From Bugula neritina (taxonomy: Eukaryota > Animalia > Bryozoa): 64,000 nt of DNA. Under the pieces are notes generated by a model that ran no database searches, was not told the origin of the DNA, and worked only from the letters and a program-made list of their open reading frames with translations. Numbering within the stretch: the stretch's first letter is position 1; each line of letters opens with the position of its first letter. Made by a program: the position numbers and the translations under genes. The stretch covers positions 9,704,741-9,768,740 of the forward strand of contig OZ037768.1 in assembly GCA_964035545.1 (NCBI GenBank), in the 5' to 3' direction. Shown in pieces: positions 27,801 through 42,038 of this stretch.

Positions 27801-30800
27801 TATAAGTAAGACTTTACAACGATGGGACACAAAACATATCTATGTAAAACATAATTTCTATTTGTAACTATTGAAGACTTTTGTTGAATGAATTCTAACA
27901 ACAAAAGGACATTTCATCATCTGAAATTCCACTTCACTTGTTTGAATAGATATTTCTATACAACTGCGTGTAACTCTGACAACACTCTGTAGGAAAGTGT
28001 GGCAGCGTAGGAAAGTGTGATAGGAATCTACCTATTAGAATGGACCATCTGGCCCATCTGAGAAGTGAGTATATGACAGAGTCGGGCAACTTGGAGTAGC
28101 GTCTCGTCTGAACTTCTAGATCTCACGATTCCCAGAAATCTGTTCACATGAGCCGGAGAATTCACAATTCTTACACATTCAGCCCTCATTTGTGAGAGAG
28201 AAAGAACATCGTTTACTTGTGTGTCTTCACTCCACTCCATCTCGCAGGAGGCCTCATCAAATGTTAGGGTGTCTTTTTCAGACAGATCAGGAAATATGCT
28301 AGTGATGATGCTAATATATTCAGTTATCGTGTTGTCATCGCATACACCTACATCAATAGATAGGGAACATCATCCGATGCATAGCAGATGCAATAGAATT
28401 ACTTTAATGCACACTCCTCAAAATGAAAAATAAAATACAAACACCGACAGTTGATAATTAGAAAATTGGCGACTTGCAAAATAATTCATGAGAAAACATT
28501 AAAGAAACCTCTAAAATATGATGTACTATATCATATAACAAATATTACATCAATACAACAATTTAATTAAATTTCACTAAGTTTTTTAATTCATTTAAAA
28601 ACTAGAAAGGTTACTATTGTTTTCTTAAACCAACAGTGATTGTCTACAATGAGCCAACATCAAAAAGAAGTACAAAAAGTCGATTTTACACATTTATTTG
28701 CTAAATCTAAATGTTACATAATATATTCACTTACCAATCTCGTGCTCCAGCATAACCATAAGAGAATGGAGGAGGGTTGAGCTGTGTGTGAATGTCGAAC
28801 TTTCAAGGTCAAGGTTGATTGAATGAATGAGGTTCACCATCTCCCTGCTGCATTTCTCTTTTATACTCGGTAGAATATAATTACACACTGGTGATGTATA
28901 AGCAGCATTCATAAAGGAAGCGCTGAATTTTCTCAAAACAACCAATCTACCAACAAAAGAAAAATACGGAGTAGTTATAAACGTTACTTCTGGTCGCAGC
29001 GAAATTGTCATTAAATATAACACCGGCACTCCTGCGCGTGCGCACACATGCACATACACACACGCGCGCATGCACACACACTGATAACATGTTGTATCAA
29101 AATGCTACAATATGCAGCAACCGATGAATGCATTTAGAACACTGTAATTGATATATGCATTATATTGCAGCGATATCCCAAGTTTGCAAGAAATTGACCA
29201 TCAGAAAGTATTGAGAAAAGTAAAAACTAGATATTTGCTGTGTTTATATTACACAACACCACAAATATAAAATACTGTCAAAAGTTACTGGTGTAGATAA
29301 AGAGGAATCCGTGTCTACAGATAGACCACAGTAAGCAAACATGTGTTCCTTTACCTGAAGGTCTCATCATCTGACACATCATAGAGTAGGGGTTTGAGAA
29401 CTAGAGCTAAAAGACTAGAGGACAGAGGGGTAGGTGCTGTTGTACCCTTCTCAATACCACTGGGTATCTTGAAATCACAGAGAGCTCGCATAGTTTGGAA
29501 ATACCCTACAAGATAAAAGTTATATGTAATGATAGTGGGCGGCTAGAATTGAATATAGATTCCGTCAATGAAATAGTTTAGCATTTCCTGACTAACCATG
29601 CTGTACAAGGCTCCGATACACATCAGTTAATGTGAAGACATCCGAGTTTGATTCAGAATCAAACAATTCTTTATCTAGAAATATTTCCAGGACTCTCAAC
29701 GCCATAGAAATATTCTCAGAAGTTGGAGCCAAATGCTCTAGAACCCTGTTTAAATAAAACAAAAATGAACTATGGAACAAACTATAAATAAAAAACATTT
29801 CTAATAGTCAGTGAAAGCTTCACAAACACTGTTCAGATGTTGACACGATCAAAGCAATGCAGTAAAATAAATATAACATAAAATGCAGATTTATGCAAAC
29901 TATCATGCTACCTTGTATAAAGGACAGACACCTAATAGTATAACAACTATGACATTACTTACCCAATTACGTGTGTTAGCCACCTTTTAAATTGACAATG
30001 GTGAGCAAATGTATGCATTCTTACATAATCTTTGAATAACGACTGATGTTGAACAGCTAGTGTGCACATGGACATCTACAGTACGGAAAAATAACATATA
30101 CTTGCAATGCATAGTTTTCTAAAAACTGATAAACAACAAAGAACTCGGTTGGCCTATACATTGAACATGTCGGCCGTTTATTTGAAATTATCAATTCAAA
30201 ACAAATACAGTATAATATAATTATTATACTAAATGGAAAAAATAAAATATTTTAAACAACACACAACTGATATTACATAAAAATATAAGAAAACCCAAAT
30301 AATATGTACCAAAAATTACGCCCACAAAAGCATAGAAAGTAAAGCTTTTTCTTGAATATAATGATTTACTATAGAGACTTACGACAGCCACGTGGTCTAT
30401 TTCCTTCGTAAAAAAGAAGTTGAGTGACTTGAATAAGTAGGCGATATCTTCTTGACGTAGAAACTGAGATTTTCTGTCATGGATACGATGATGAAATACT
30501 GCACGTTCTTTAGAAAACTATAAGTATATATACAAGTTAGCAGAGTATAATAGTACTGCTAGATACAGAAATCACTACAAATCCAACTACAGCAATATGG
30601 TAATATGCTATGAAACTGCAATATATGAAATCTTATCCTGATGAATATCTAATAATAATTGGAGCTCAGGTACCAAAGGCTTAAAATCTATTTTCTTATT
30701 CACCAAATTCCAGGGTTTCACAAATTTAATTTTAGAAGATTGGAATAGCCAGTCATACCGCTCCTTTTCTGACTTGGTAACTTCTATAGCATGCTTGTAT

Positions 30801-31791
30801 TTTGACCGCACTTTTACTTTTTAATCTAAACTGCTCTCGTTGCAGTCTCTTTTGTTGGGCATCAGCAAGCAGTTCATCTTTTTTCTTCTATATCATATAA
30901 ATAACAAAAAAAAAAAATCCATTTTGAGAAAAAAATCGTAAAGAATAACCAATATTTATTTGATACGTGTATGAAGCCAATCAAGGAAACTATTACTAGA
31001 AAAAACCTAAATATTTTTATAAAATATACAAAAAAATACATATTTAGCTAAAAATGATAAACAATATTTATCACTTGCAACTCAACTCATGTCAACTTTT
31101 ACACTAAACTTCAATTCAAGTGATCAATAACCATAGAGCTATAGATTATCTATAACTATAAATGGTATAACTATTATATTTATTAGGTAAGTAGTAGGTG
31201 GTAGGCCTATAGTATTATAATTATAAAACTCTCATATTATTATTATAATTTATACTAACTTTACTAACAATAACACAGCTACTGTTAGTGTAAGTGTAGC
31301 GTTAATACTCATACTACTACTAGTACTAGCAGCTGGTAGTGGTACTATAGTTATATTATAATTATCATCATAAATAATATTTACATTAAATGATTAATAC
31401 TCATACTTTAACTTTAACTCAGGTATACTATTGAAGATAATCTCAATTATTATAAATATAAACACATTATTATCAGTATCACAATCACTACTCAGCTCTT
31501 ATTCTTATTCTTCCAGTTTAAGTCCTGACTCTAAAGTCTCAACCAATACAATCGAATCAGACTAACTATTAATATTATTATGAGTATAAGTATTACAACA
31601 GTTTCACTTTCTTTTTTGCCGGCTAGCAGTATTACAATTTCTTTATATTCTTTGAGTGTTCTAATTTTAGTACATGAATGTAAATACAAAAGACAAAATA
31701 AAATTAAAATGATATATTTATAACTTACAAGTTGTTTTTTTCCAAGCGATTGCATGAGGCCTGCTTTATAGGCTCCTTCGAAGCTATACAT
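21843..31791 (-). CDS. UBE3C: HECT E3 ubiquitin ligase UBE3C, 20 coding exons, ~1071 aa
   Basis: Exons (-): 31791-31729, 30887-30759, 30517-30383, 30075-29963, 29745-29597, 29505-29355, 28946-28735, 28347-28032, 27782-27696, 27213-27035, 26653-26412, 26068-25891, 25479-25382, 24846-24699, 24468-24218, 23803-23685, 23585-23396, 22884-22728, 22365-22235, 22010-21843. Start MYSFEG; IQ motif [12 protein letters not shown]; RDTRTHFCP; [14 protein letters not shown]; [14 protein letters not shown]; [14 protein letters not shown]; catalytic [10 protein letters not shown]; ends AGFELS. Confidence 0.95.
22948..23018. repeat. Degenerate (GT)n microsatellite in a UBE3C intron
   Basis: gtgtgtgtgcgtgtgtg...; a similar short tract lies at 29035-29081. 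Confidence 0.85.
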
Positions 31792-33957
31792 TTTTATTTT
31801 ATATTATACTTTTATTACACTCACAATAATTACAACTTTTAAAAAATGAAATTACTAGTTTTTAACTCTTTCCATAGCAAACTCCATGATAATGACTGCA
31901 ATTATATAACATTAACTGGATACTGTAATTTCAATAATTCCAGTCATGCACTCTGGCAAATATGAAACAAGCTAGAATACAGCTAGAAACAGCACCAATT
32001 TGAGAGTGACTGAATACAGTATTAGTATTCACGTTTTGTTTTCCTCACTTCAAACATGTGACCCCAAAACAAATGCACTTAATGACTACTAACTTGGTGC
32101 TGCTTCAGACGATTTACCACTATCATACTTGTGATTTAGCCTTGGATTTTGTTTTTCTCCTAGTATCCATTGGTATTTGTCAACTCTCAGGTTACGTCTT
32201 TTCGATCTCTCGACTAATGCATGATCATATTATTATTGTTTTGTCGTGTAACGAAAGATCTCTAAAGTACACATGGGTTTCCATTTGCAAAATTATAAGT
32301 TACTTAGTATTTAGTACACGTTTACTTTATACAAGATGCAATTTTTATTTAATTATACGGTCACAGTGGCTTTAGCTTCTTATATAAATGCATGGAAATA
32401 TGAATAAAGCTTTGTAAAAACTAAAAAAGGCAGCCAGTGCCACTTTGACTTTCATTTTGAGTTTCAGTTTGACTTTCATTTTGAATTTGACTTTGCAATT
32501 GGCATTGCTGATTGCATTAGTATTAAAAATGAATTTATTCTTAAATATTGATATTCTTTCACTTTGACTTGGCTTTAGCCCACTGAAGTAATATTAATAT
32601 AAGTATAATATAATGATAAACATTCGCCTTGCCCTTAGGCATTAACAATCACAATGTCTGAGTTTAAGTTAAAGTTTCATTTCAATTAATATTATCATTA
32701 TCATTATTATTCATTGAATCAATTATTGGGCTCAGTTTCATAATGATAGTAATTTGCTGTATTACATTAGTAATTTGCTATTAGTATTACTATTAGTATT
32801 AGTATTGTTGTAGTTTTATGCACTACTCAGTGAGGTGTTATTCACTTATTGTATGCACGAGTAATTACAGCATGTCCACTAGGAGGTTATGTGAAGAACT
32901 GAAATAGTTGATGTTTAAAGAAAGAACTGTATTGAGTTTCTAATTACATACAATCAAAGTCATATAGAAATCAGTAAAAGAGTACAAGATAGAAAACAAT
33001 TACACAAGGTTAGCTTATCTAGCTGATAGTTATCCTTTGACTGAGGCTGGGAAGGTGCTGTTTATATCCACGAGGTTGGTCCTTATAGAATGACACTCTT
33101 TACTGTGATTCTTGCTTTAGAGTGACACTCTAGCTTATACAGCCTGACTAGGAATAGGGAGGGTTTTATACGTGATCAGAGTTTATTTAAATCACCAACG
33201 TTGATCAAATACTGACCGTAAAAACTAAAATAATAATGGTACAACATAAGGCATATAATGATAATGATGCAAACGAAATGTATGTAACACAATATAGTAT
33301 GTATGTAACGGCACTAACAATGTATATAATAAATTGTAGATAGCAGCATAAAATAACAATTCAACGTAGCATGTAACTACAGCCCATATTATTGAAACTT
33401 TATAACATAAAAATGTAAGCACAATATATAATTGCAAATAGAAGTTTATTACCTCTTTTCTCTCTCTCCTAGTCTACTGTTATGTTGATGCTGTGGCTTT
33501 GCACAGTCTTTCAAATAATGCTACTCTTTGGCAGTCTTACATAAACTTAATAATGCTGTCTAAACTGACAGCATGACTCTAACAATATTGAAACTACTAA
33601 AAATGGTTTTGTCTAATCTACTAATCCATTTGATAGACATTATTGTGTTGCAAGAAGTATGATTTCACATTTTAGCTATTTTGGAGTAGGATCTTACTAT
33701 TTCAAAGAAGTGGGCTGAATTAAACAAACATCGTGTGACATCACAGTTGATGCAAGCATAACTGTTGACTATGAATAATTCTACATACGTAGCTACTGTT
33801 TTGGGATAGTAATTAAACAAGCATTAGGTTGACTACTGAGGCTAGTGGTTGGGTTAATTTTAGGTTGATGATGTTGTGAATGATTTTACTATGAATAATA
33901 ATTCCTGTAAACATCATGCATCCTATTTCGTAACATTACAGTCCTAATTAGTTAGTA

Positions 33958-34676
33958 TAGGGTTCCGGCAGCATTGCCGTAGGGAGTGGTGCAGTGCCGC
34001 ACGGAACTGCGGCATCGCTAACGGAGTTGTAGTCCCTTGGAACTTTTATGCCTCGTAATATAATACAAGTACTTAGGTAGGGGGTACTGAGGGTATACTT
34101 ACCACAGCCACTACAGCATATAGGTATCCTTATGTCATAGTCACATACGGGTACTCAGTCTTATATACTTATAGTGATATAGTAATAATAATAGTTACTG
34201 TTAGTATTACTATTAGTATTAGTGTATGTGGTAAGAATGCAGTATGGCTGCTGTATTTGATCTTATATTCAAGTCTCTAATTGTCTGTGATGGAAAACTA
34301 TTGTAATATTTATTTTGTTTCTAATTGAGTAGAGATTCCTGGAGCCTGAGACCTAGTATGAGTTGTTGATAATGTTTTTTTGATCAGGTGATCATATGAT
34401 TCAGTGAGTGCTGTTTTAGTAACTTTGCGGGTTGAATGAAACTAAATGCTGAACATATCTCTTTGTAAGAGAGAACAAGAGGCAGGGTATTCTTCAGTGA
34501 TAGCAATCTTTATTGTAGAGTAATAGAGTGGTCTTCAACAGGGGAGCTCCAGTGGTAGACTGTCTCTACCCTGGAAACTCGCCTGCTTTTATACACACAA
34601 GACAAAAGAACACGCATACAAAAGAATCAAGAGCCCGAAATGCCGATCCTCAGGATTTCGGCATTTCGGAACCCTG
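33958..34676. mobile_element. Putative decayed hAT-like non-autonomous DNA transposon
   Basis: TIR-like ends TAGGGTTCCG / CGGAACCCTG (9/10). Both subterminal regions carry GC-rich TGCCG/CGGCA motifs forming hairpins, e.g. ccgaaatgccga...tcggcatttcgg at 34635-34669. TSD matches only 5/8. Confidence 0.5.
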
Positions 34677-34929
34677 ACTTTCTAACAGCACAATTTTAGT
34701 ATTAGTGTTATTACATAACTTCGAAATTCGTATTCAGTGCAATTACATTATGCTAAAAGCTTTAACAACAATCACAATACTTAGGCGTTAGAAAGCTACC
34801 TCAACTTAGTTATAATTACAGGATTCAAAACAATACACAACAAGTAATTACAATACTGAAGCATGCACGCAGTTACTAGAACTTTCCAAAACAATAGGGG
34901 ATGAAAATCCATTACACTGTGTGATATTC

Positions 34930-35665
34930 CTCGTTGAATAAAAGCTGGAGAAGCAGACAAATGCATTAATTTCTTCTTCTGGATGCTAGTGGTTTTATCC
35001 CAAGTTTGTCCATAGTCAAGTTCAAACCTTTCTGTTCTTTAACACTGTTAATGAAATGAACAGCATCTGACTGAACACCTGGTAATGTCACTTTTACAGT
35101 CTGTGTCCTAGACAGCACAAGCGTATTCTAGATGCAGTAGACACAGAGGCTTATACTTGAGCAAACATTCATGCTGTGGCATCCAGTGCAGTGCTCTTCT
35201 AATCATTCCAAGTTGTTTCGTTGCTCTTAGGACTTTCTCGTGAATATACGTATCAAACTTACAACCAGATTTAATCAACACTCCAAGATATTTGGCGCTA
35301 TTTACAGGGTTGGGGTCAATTACACATGAATGTGATTAATTAAAATTACATGAGAATTTGTCAATTACAATTATAATTACAGTTAAAATAAATGTAATTA
35401 ATTACAATTACATTTTTATATATCAGTTACAATTTACATTCAATTACTTGAAAAAATGTAATTAATTGCAACCAATTACAATTGCAAATTACAATTACCC
35501 CAACCCTGGCCATTTATCAATTTGAGCTGAGAACTATTCAGAGTGTATTTTGGTTGGTCTTGGATTAAAAACCATTTTTTGCTTTTGACAATGCTCAACA
35601 ACCTGCCCATTTATCTGCCCATTTTCCTAAGCTATTAAGATTTTGTTGAATCCGTTTAGTGTTAC
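34930..35665 (-). mobile_element. Decayed non-LTR retrotransposon (CR1/L2-like) reverse transcriptase C-terminal remnant
   Basis: Minus-strand translation: RIQQNLNSLGKWADKW...YTLNSSQLKLIN[MITE]SAKYLGVLIKSGCKFDTYIHEKVLRATKQLGMIRRAL...HLEYACAV*...VQSDAVHFI...LGIKPLASRRR. Matches the KYLGV / LEYA..VW / L..RR thumb pattern; contains stops and frameshifts. Confidence 0.8.
35305..35508. mobile_element. hAT-type MITE (204 bp) inserted in the LINE remnant
   Basis: TIRs CAGGGTTGGGGT / ACCCCAACCCTG. 8-bp TSD GCTATTTA / GCCATTTA (7/8). Interior built of repeated AATTAC motifs. Confidence 0.88.
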
Positions 35666-35913
35666 CAGCAGAGTGTCCAATTTAATACCACATAATTATA
35701 AGGATGCATTTATTGTCAAAATTATAAGTTATACTTATAGTTATACTGTTCTATTTATATTTACAAGGCTTTAATATTCAGCATATGATAATTTTTTGAC
35801 TGGTATCATTATGATTATCCAATATAGATATGAATAATTGCTAAAAGTGAAATAAGCACTCTTCTATAAATAATAGGCTATATAAACTCTTGCCTTTTTA
35901 TTTGAAGATCAAG

Positions 35914-38900
35914 ATGAACTCTAGCTTCAGTTTGATAATAAAAGCCCCAAAGAGAAAGCAAAGGAAAGTAATAAAACTTTCACCAAATTTATCCTCAGAC
36001 TCATGTTCAAAAGAGAGTGTAGATCAAAACAATTTCACAAATAATACAGATTGGTTATTAGTACTAAAGAGGGTTGAAGAAGAATTTGTTTTGCACAGGT
36101 ATGTGCCACAACTACATGTTTTAATATTATTAATATTAGTATTAATAATATTAATTTGTACCATTATTATTAGTATAATTGATAAATTTATATATGCAAC
36201 TTTAAGAAATGAAACACGTGAATTTATATTTTGAAAATTTAATGCTAACATTAATGGCCTAATTTGTAGTTATGGAATACCCTACCTCTGTTGATATCAT
36301 ACCAGGCCCATCTTTTTTTCTTTTATGATGAAAGAAGAGAAACATTCAATTTATAATTTTTAATTTATGATGTTCTTTTTATTTGGCAAGATCCAACTTT
36401 TGGCATACAATTGTGCTTTTTACATTAGAGATATCACAATTTTGATTCTATCATTAAATTTGTTTTCAATTTGAATCCTCTGTTTTATTAGGTAAACAAG
36501 TTCCATTTATTTCTAAATATTTTTTTACTGCTTAAATAACAGAGTAGTTTTGAATTTAATATTTTTAGCAATTTGTAGAACAGAGTTTCAACTGAGCCTA
36601 AATTATGGTAAAACATACATTGATTCAGCACCTAGTACAAAGCTCTCAGAGTTGGGCATAGTGAATGGAGACATACTGACATTGAATATACTCACTAGTA
36701 GAGCTGATGAACACTCACCAACTGCTGCTCCTACAAATCGGTTTTCTGACACTAAAAGTGTGGAACAGAAGCTAATAGCAGATTCATTTCCTGAAACCTC
36801 TAGAGACACAGCAGAGAGTTCCATCAATGTAATTAGAAGCTGCCTTAATATACATGATGATAATTTGTACTATACTTTATACAATAGCTGCCTAATACTT
36901 AGGTATTGCCAGGTGTTCAGTGACTTGAAGGTGCTCATACTTTTTGATCTTTTATAAGGACTCAGCTATCAAATGTTGTCTGGTTCACCCAAAAAAGTGT
37001 TAGCATAATTGATAGAGTTCATATCTTTTTTTTTGTACGAAAATAAACTAATGCAGTTAATACAATATCAGATCACTCTATTGTTTGAATTTTTTTAGGT
37101 GAATCCTCTAGCTTCATATAGCCCTGGGACCTTTAGTTTAGTACCCCTGTTTTATATGTTATGCTAGTATCATGAACCTTTAGCTATTCTCTATAACATA
37201 CATTTAATATTCTGCAACACAACATAATCAACTGTGCAAATACTTACTTATATTCCCATTATACTTTCAAAACTTAAGTTTGGAAAGTACTAAAGCTTTG
37301 TATGGAGTCTTCAGACAGATGGAATATTTCATGCTAATCTTTGTTTATCTAATCATTTTCAAGATGGAGGTATCACCTGATAGTACGGGTGCTGCGGTTG
37401 TCAACCGGTATCTACTCAACCCAATGTTGCTCAGAGATGTCACATCATCCAGTTTATACCCTGCAGAGTTTCACCAACTAATCCTGGAGAACAGCACGTC
37501 AAACTCATGTGAACTTTTGCTTTTCACTCTTCACACTTTGCTGCTTGAAGGTGGCTTCACATCTTTAATCTGCAAATCGGCTGAGGTATTTCTTAGAAAA
37601 ATTGATATTGACAGTTGAGGTTTTTACTTTGTATTTTTTGCACAGTTTGTTAGCAAAATTTTTGAATAGTGCGTTGTTTTTTAAGATTAGTTTAAAAGAG
37701 CGGTGATGAAGTTTGATTTTTAGTTGCTTGTAACATAAAATAGTAAATTCCACTGATTTTAGGCAAGAAATTATTTGGTAAAAATCTCATCTTGTTTTAA
37801 GTAGCCAGTAGTTTATTTAACAATTGTATGTTAACCTGATTCTTCAACTCTCACACTTGCTTTTTGCTTACTTTGGGTTGTTTACAGATATATAAAGTTG
37901 AGCTAATTGACTCATAGAGGTTTATGCAAGCATGGATCTATATTATGACTTTCCTTTTTTTCACAGCAGCTTATTTAAAATATGTTGTAAAGTATCTATC
38001 TGGAAAAATTCTACATTATTTTCCCTTTATACAGATATTGATATTGCTCTAGATTATTGATGGTCATTAGTTGCTTTTTCAGTATTTTTTAATAATTCGA
38101 TGACTGGGAAAAATTGCAGCTATGATTTTGGTTACTTCATGTTCACTCTGTTACATTGCAGGCAAGTTTTCTAAAGCAGATTACTAGATCTCCTGACGTC
38201 TATCAAATCAAATACTGTCACAAGTTTTACCCAGAAGGAAAAATAACTGTGGCATTTGTTAAAATGGATCAGAAACTGGCTGTTCACGGTAATTCAATAT
38301 ACAATGTAGTTTGTAAGATTTAGCCTAATCCTAATTGGTTAGTTAATTGTAATTGATAAATATTACTTTATATTTTGTTCACTTTTAGTAAATACAATGC
38401 TTCAAGTACCACATTAATATTTAAAATTGCTAGAGTTGGATCATGCTATGGTTTCTATATACCTCAGCCTTTTGCATCGATGTTTACAAGTAATTATGAA
38501 TTTCAGGGATGGAGGGGGGGGGGAGAAGGGTTAAAGTACTGCTACTGACAGAGTTTTTTAAAATAAGAGGCAATTTGATTAAATGTTTTGTTCTTTAGAA
38601 TTGTAAAGCACATGTTTTGTATTCCTACTTAGGGTTTAATTAACTCCGATATAAATGAAAATGATTTTAGTGTTATAAATTTTTTGTATTGATTCATTCT
38701 GTAAATTGCAAAAAGTGCCTTTCTTCAGCTGTTTTGGGTATAAATTATTTTGGTCGAATCACACCGTCTGTTTGGTATATCAACTTTGCTCACAACCATT
38801 CATTACATTTTGTCAAGTATGATTAATCAAGAGCTACTTTATACAGCTAAGAACTAAAGTGGTTTCAACTCAAATACATTTGTTTATTTGCAACTAGTAG

Positions 38901-41900
38901 TTCAGTCCGAAATTGTATGCTCTTGCTGACAATGTATAATAACTCCTAATTATATACATTCATTATCTACTTTACTTTAATCATTGTGCCTATTAAATTT
39001 GAAATAAAAATAACAAGGCAATAATGATTTTTGATAGCCCTCTAACCAACTTTCACTCACATTTAAATTTTACGTCAAAGCATTAATGATTAAAGTATGT
39101 GCCATATAGCCAAATGAGCCAAGACCTGTGTAGGGTTACATAACTACAAGTTTGTGATTCAAGATATTTAGTAGCTATTTGCATATTTTCAGGAATAGTC
39201 CAACCTTCCGGGAACATCAGCATGACTCTATCTATCACAAATTATACCAATCAATGTAAGTCTACTAGATATTAGAGTATATGACTATTATAGTAACTAC
39301 TGTGACTAAAGTATTATATGGTTATCTACTTGCGAATAGATAGATAACTCCTTAGATGTTATAATTTTGAAAGCTACTGCATTATGCACATGAGTTAGAA
39401 AAATGTATAACTTTGATGATGTTTTGCTATCCTAAGATAAAGAAAATATAATTCAAAGGTGTATTTTATAACTATGGCTATATATATGCTACACGTGACT
39501 GATGTATAATTCAGCTGGTATTACATATTAAAAAACTAAATTATTTTCTTCATCTAACAAAATGTAGCTAAGGTTATGTTAAGTATTATGTATTGCATGT
39601 ACAAAGAATTTATCTGACTTGTGTTGCAGCTGGTCTCTTAGGTGCTAAACTGTTGGAGTTGTCACGTCAATTTAAGGACCTGTTTGTAACGCCACTTGTT
39701 ATAAAACTGAGAGAAGGTATTTTCTTATCTCAGATTTTTTTCTCACCATTGGTTAGTTGGTTTTAATGCTTTTTTCGTAGATTATTGCGAACTCTATCAG
39801 TGTTTCTGTAACTAGACTAGGAGCCGAAGTTGATGACAAATTTAAAAAAATGGAGTAATTGATTGAAATTGTTTGTGTCACCAAAAAGCATTACTTGTTA
39901 GCATAAGTATATAACTCAGTAATATGTAAGCAGCCTATCTTCACAACAGTTATTGGTATTACAATGCATAAATTCATATATTTTTTACAGCTTTAGGCAT
40001 GGATGCTTACCCACCCCTGTTGAATCTGCCTCATGAAATGCTAGTAAGTTTAGCTGTTGAGTTTTACTGCTGACATAGTCATTAATAATAACAGCCTTTT
40101 GTAAATAAAGCCTGCAATATTCAAAAACAAGCTTTTTTGGCCCATACATTTGAAATGATTTTGTAAAATTATAAATTTCGAAAGATATCTTTCAACTTTT
40201 AAATTAGCTGCTGTAGTTGTAAAATTAAAATTAGGATTTTATGAAATGAAGGTTCTGTGTGTTGCTAACTTGATACAGTCGAGAGCTTGCTGATAACTGC
40301 TGGCTCTGTAATTTTGCAGTTATAAAGAATAAGGTCTAGTTCAGCTGATGGTTTATTTAAGTTAGGTTTGACTGCATTTTATTATGAAAGAACTTGATAA
40401 GTCTATGAATTATAATATAATGTATGTTATTTTCAGAAATTTATGAAGTGCTTAGCTTTACTATTAGACTGTAGCAGGTTGTATGTTATATAAATATAAT
40501 ATTTTTATATAGATGGTAATTCTTGATAAGCTAGATCCTAGATCCCTCTGTTACTTGGGACAAACATGCAGTCAATTATCTCAAGTCTACAAAAGCAACG
40601 CAATTTGGAAACGATTTTATCTCAGATTTGTTGGTAAGTTTTGTTTTATACAAAAGTAATATAAGTTGCATTGTGCCACATAGTTTGTATTACCTGTTTA
40701 TTATATTCAGGGACATTAGGTGTGGCATCTGTTGATGAGGAAGACTTCTGGTATAAAAAATATAAAGAAAAGGTTCTGCATAAGTCAAGAGTTCCATTTC
40801 ATCCCACACCAGACATACTGCCCTATTTTCCATGTAAGTCACTAATCATATTAATTCTATTTTTCAACTAAACTTACTTCTGCGTCTAAGCTATTTAGCC
40901 ATGTTGTTAATACAGTGCTATTCAGACCCGACTGCTGTGCTACCCAGGCCCTACTGCTGTGCTACCCAGGCCCTACTGCTGTGCTACCCAGGCCCTACTG
41001 CTGTGCCACTCAGGTCATACTACTGTGCTACTCAAGCCCTACTGTTGTGTTACTTAGGCTCTACTGCTGTGTTACTCAACCCCTAGTGCTATGCTTATGC
41101 CTTTTGAGACATCATCAAACTTGACAGAGCAGCTTGCTGTTATGACCAGTGATAATAAAACTTTGGAGTACCGATTTCCAACGTCCATTTTCTCAGAATC
41201 GTGATTTCAGAAACGTTCAAGAGGGCTTATTGAAAACAGATGATAACTTGAATTATATTAATGCTAAAAACATAAAACCAACACTAATTTGTCTAGAAGA
41301 AATTATTCTATGCATTAAAATCATAAAATCAATTTTCATACGTTCATCAACGTTCCTGGTTTTGTGGTGATTAGTCACATATATTAGTAGTTTTTACATA
41401 GTTGATTTGAGATTTTAGAATTGAAACTCGCTTGTTCACTATTTTAGTTATTGTGAAACTGAGTGACTGCTTACATTGCTAGATTCTATACAGAAATATT
41501 TGTTTTCTTAGTTTCTGTGAAATTTTTGGGTACTTCGAGAATTGTTTAGCTATGCATGTCATAGATATCCCTATAAACTGTTGACAATTAAGTTAGCTAA
41601 ACATCTATGACTATAACCAATCTTGAATGATTTATTTATGTTTAGGAGCTCATATTGTTATGCTGGATGCTTTTCCAGAGTTTTTGCTGCCAACTCTTCA
41701 CCAACTAGTGTTATGGAATTTGAAAGGTGTGCTAATTACTGCACCTGTATGGTTTCCTAAAATTGTAGGTTTGCGTATTTTTATTATTGATGTATCTGAA
41801 GTTTCTTGCTGTTTCACTTCATCTTGTAGTTACTCATTTCCCCAGACCGATATTTTGGGAACCACCACCCTTGCCCCCTCCTATACAAGACGATCCTCTC

Positions 41901-42038
41901 AACCGCCACATCAGACACCCTATGGCAAGAGACTTTGACTTTCAATACCAACCCCATACTTGGAACTCTAGTGTCGTACATCATTTACCTCGAGCTTCCT
42001 CTCACAGGAACACACGTATTTCAAATATTATGTTTTAA
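35914..42038 (+). CDS. FBXO7: F-box only protein 7 (Ubl - FP domain - F-box - Pro-rich tail), 10 coding exons, ~479 aa
   Basis: Exons (+): 35914-36098, 36579-36828, 37364-37585, 38162-38288, 39193-39255, 39630-39716, 39991-40043, 40513-40633, 40711-40833, 41830-42038. Ubl FQLSLNY...KLSELGIVNGDIL; FP domain LHTLLLEGGF and LSRQFKDLFVTPL; F-box LLNLPHEMLMVILDKLDPRSLCYLGQTC...IWK; FWYKKYKE; Pro-rich C-terminus. Confidence 0.85.
40925..41090. repeat. 22-bp minisatellite (~7 copies, decaying 3') in the last FBXO7 intron
   Basis: Unit gccctactgctgtgctacccag. Confidence 0.9.

Noticed and set aside
40901-41124. Cys-rich repetitive ORFs (YCCATQALLLCYPG)
   Set aside because: By-product of the 22-bp intronic minisatellite; unit length is not a multiple of 3.
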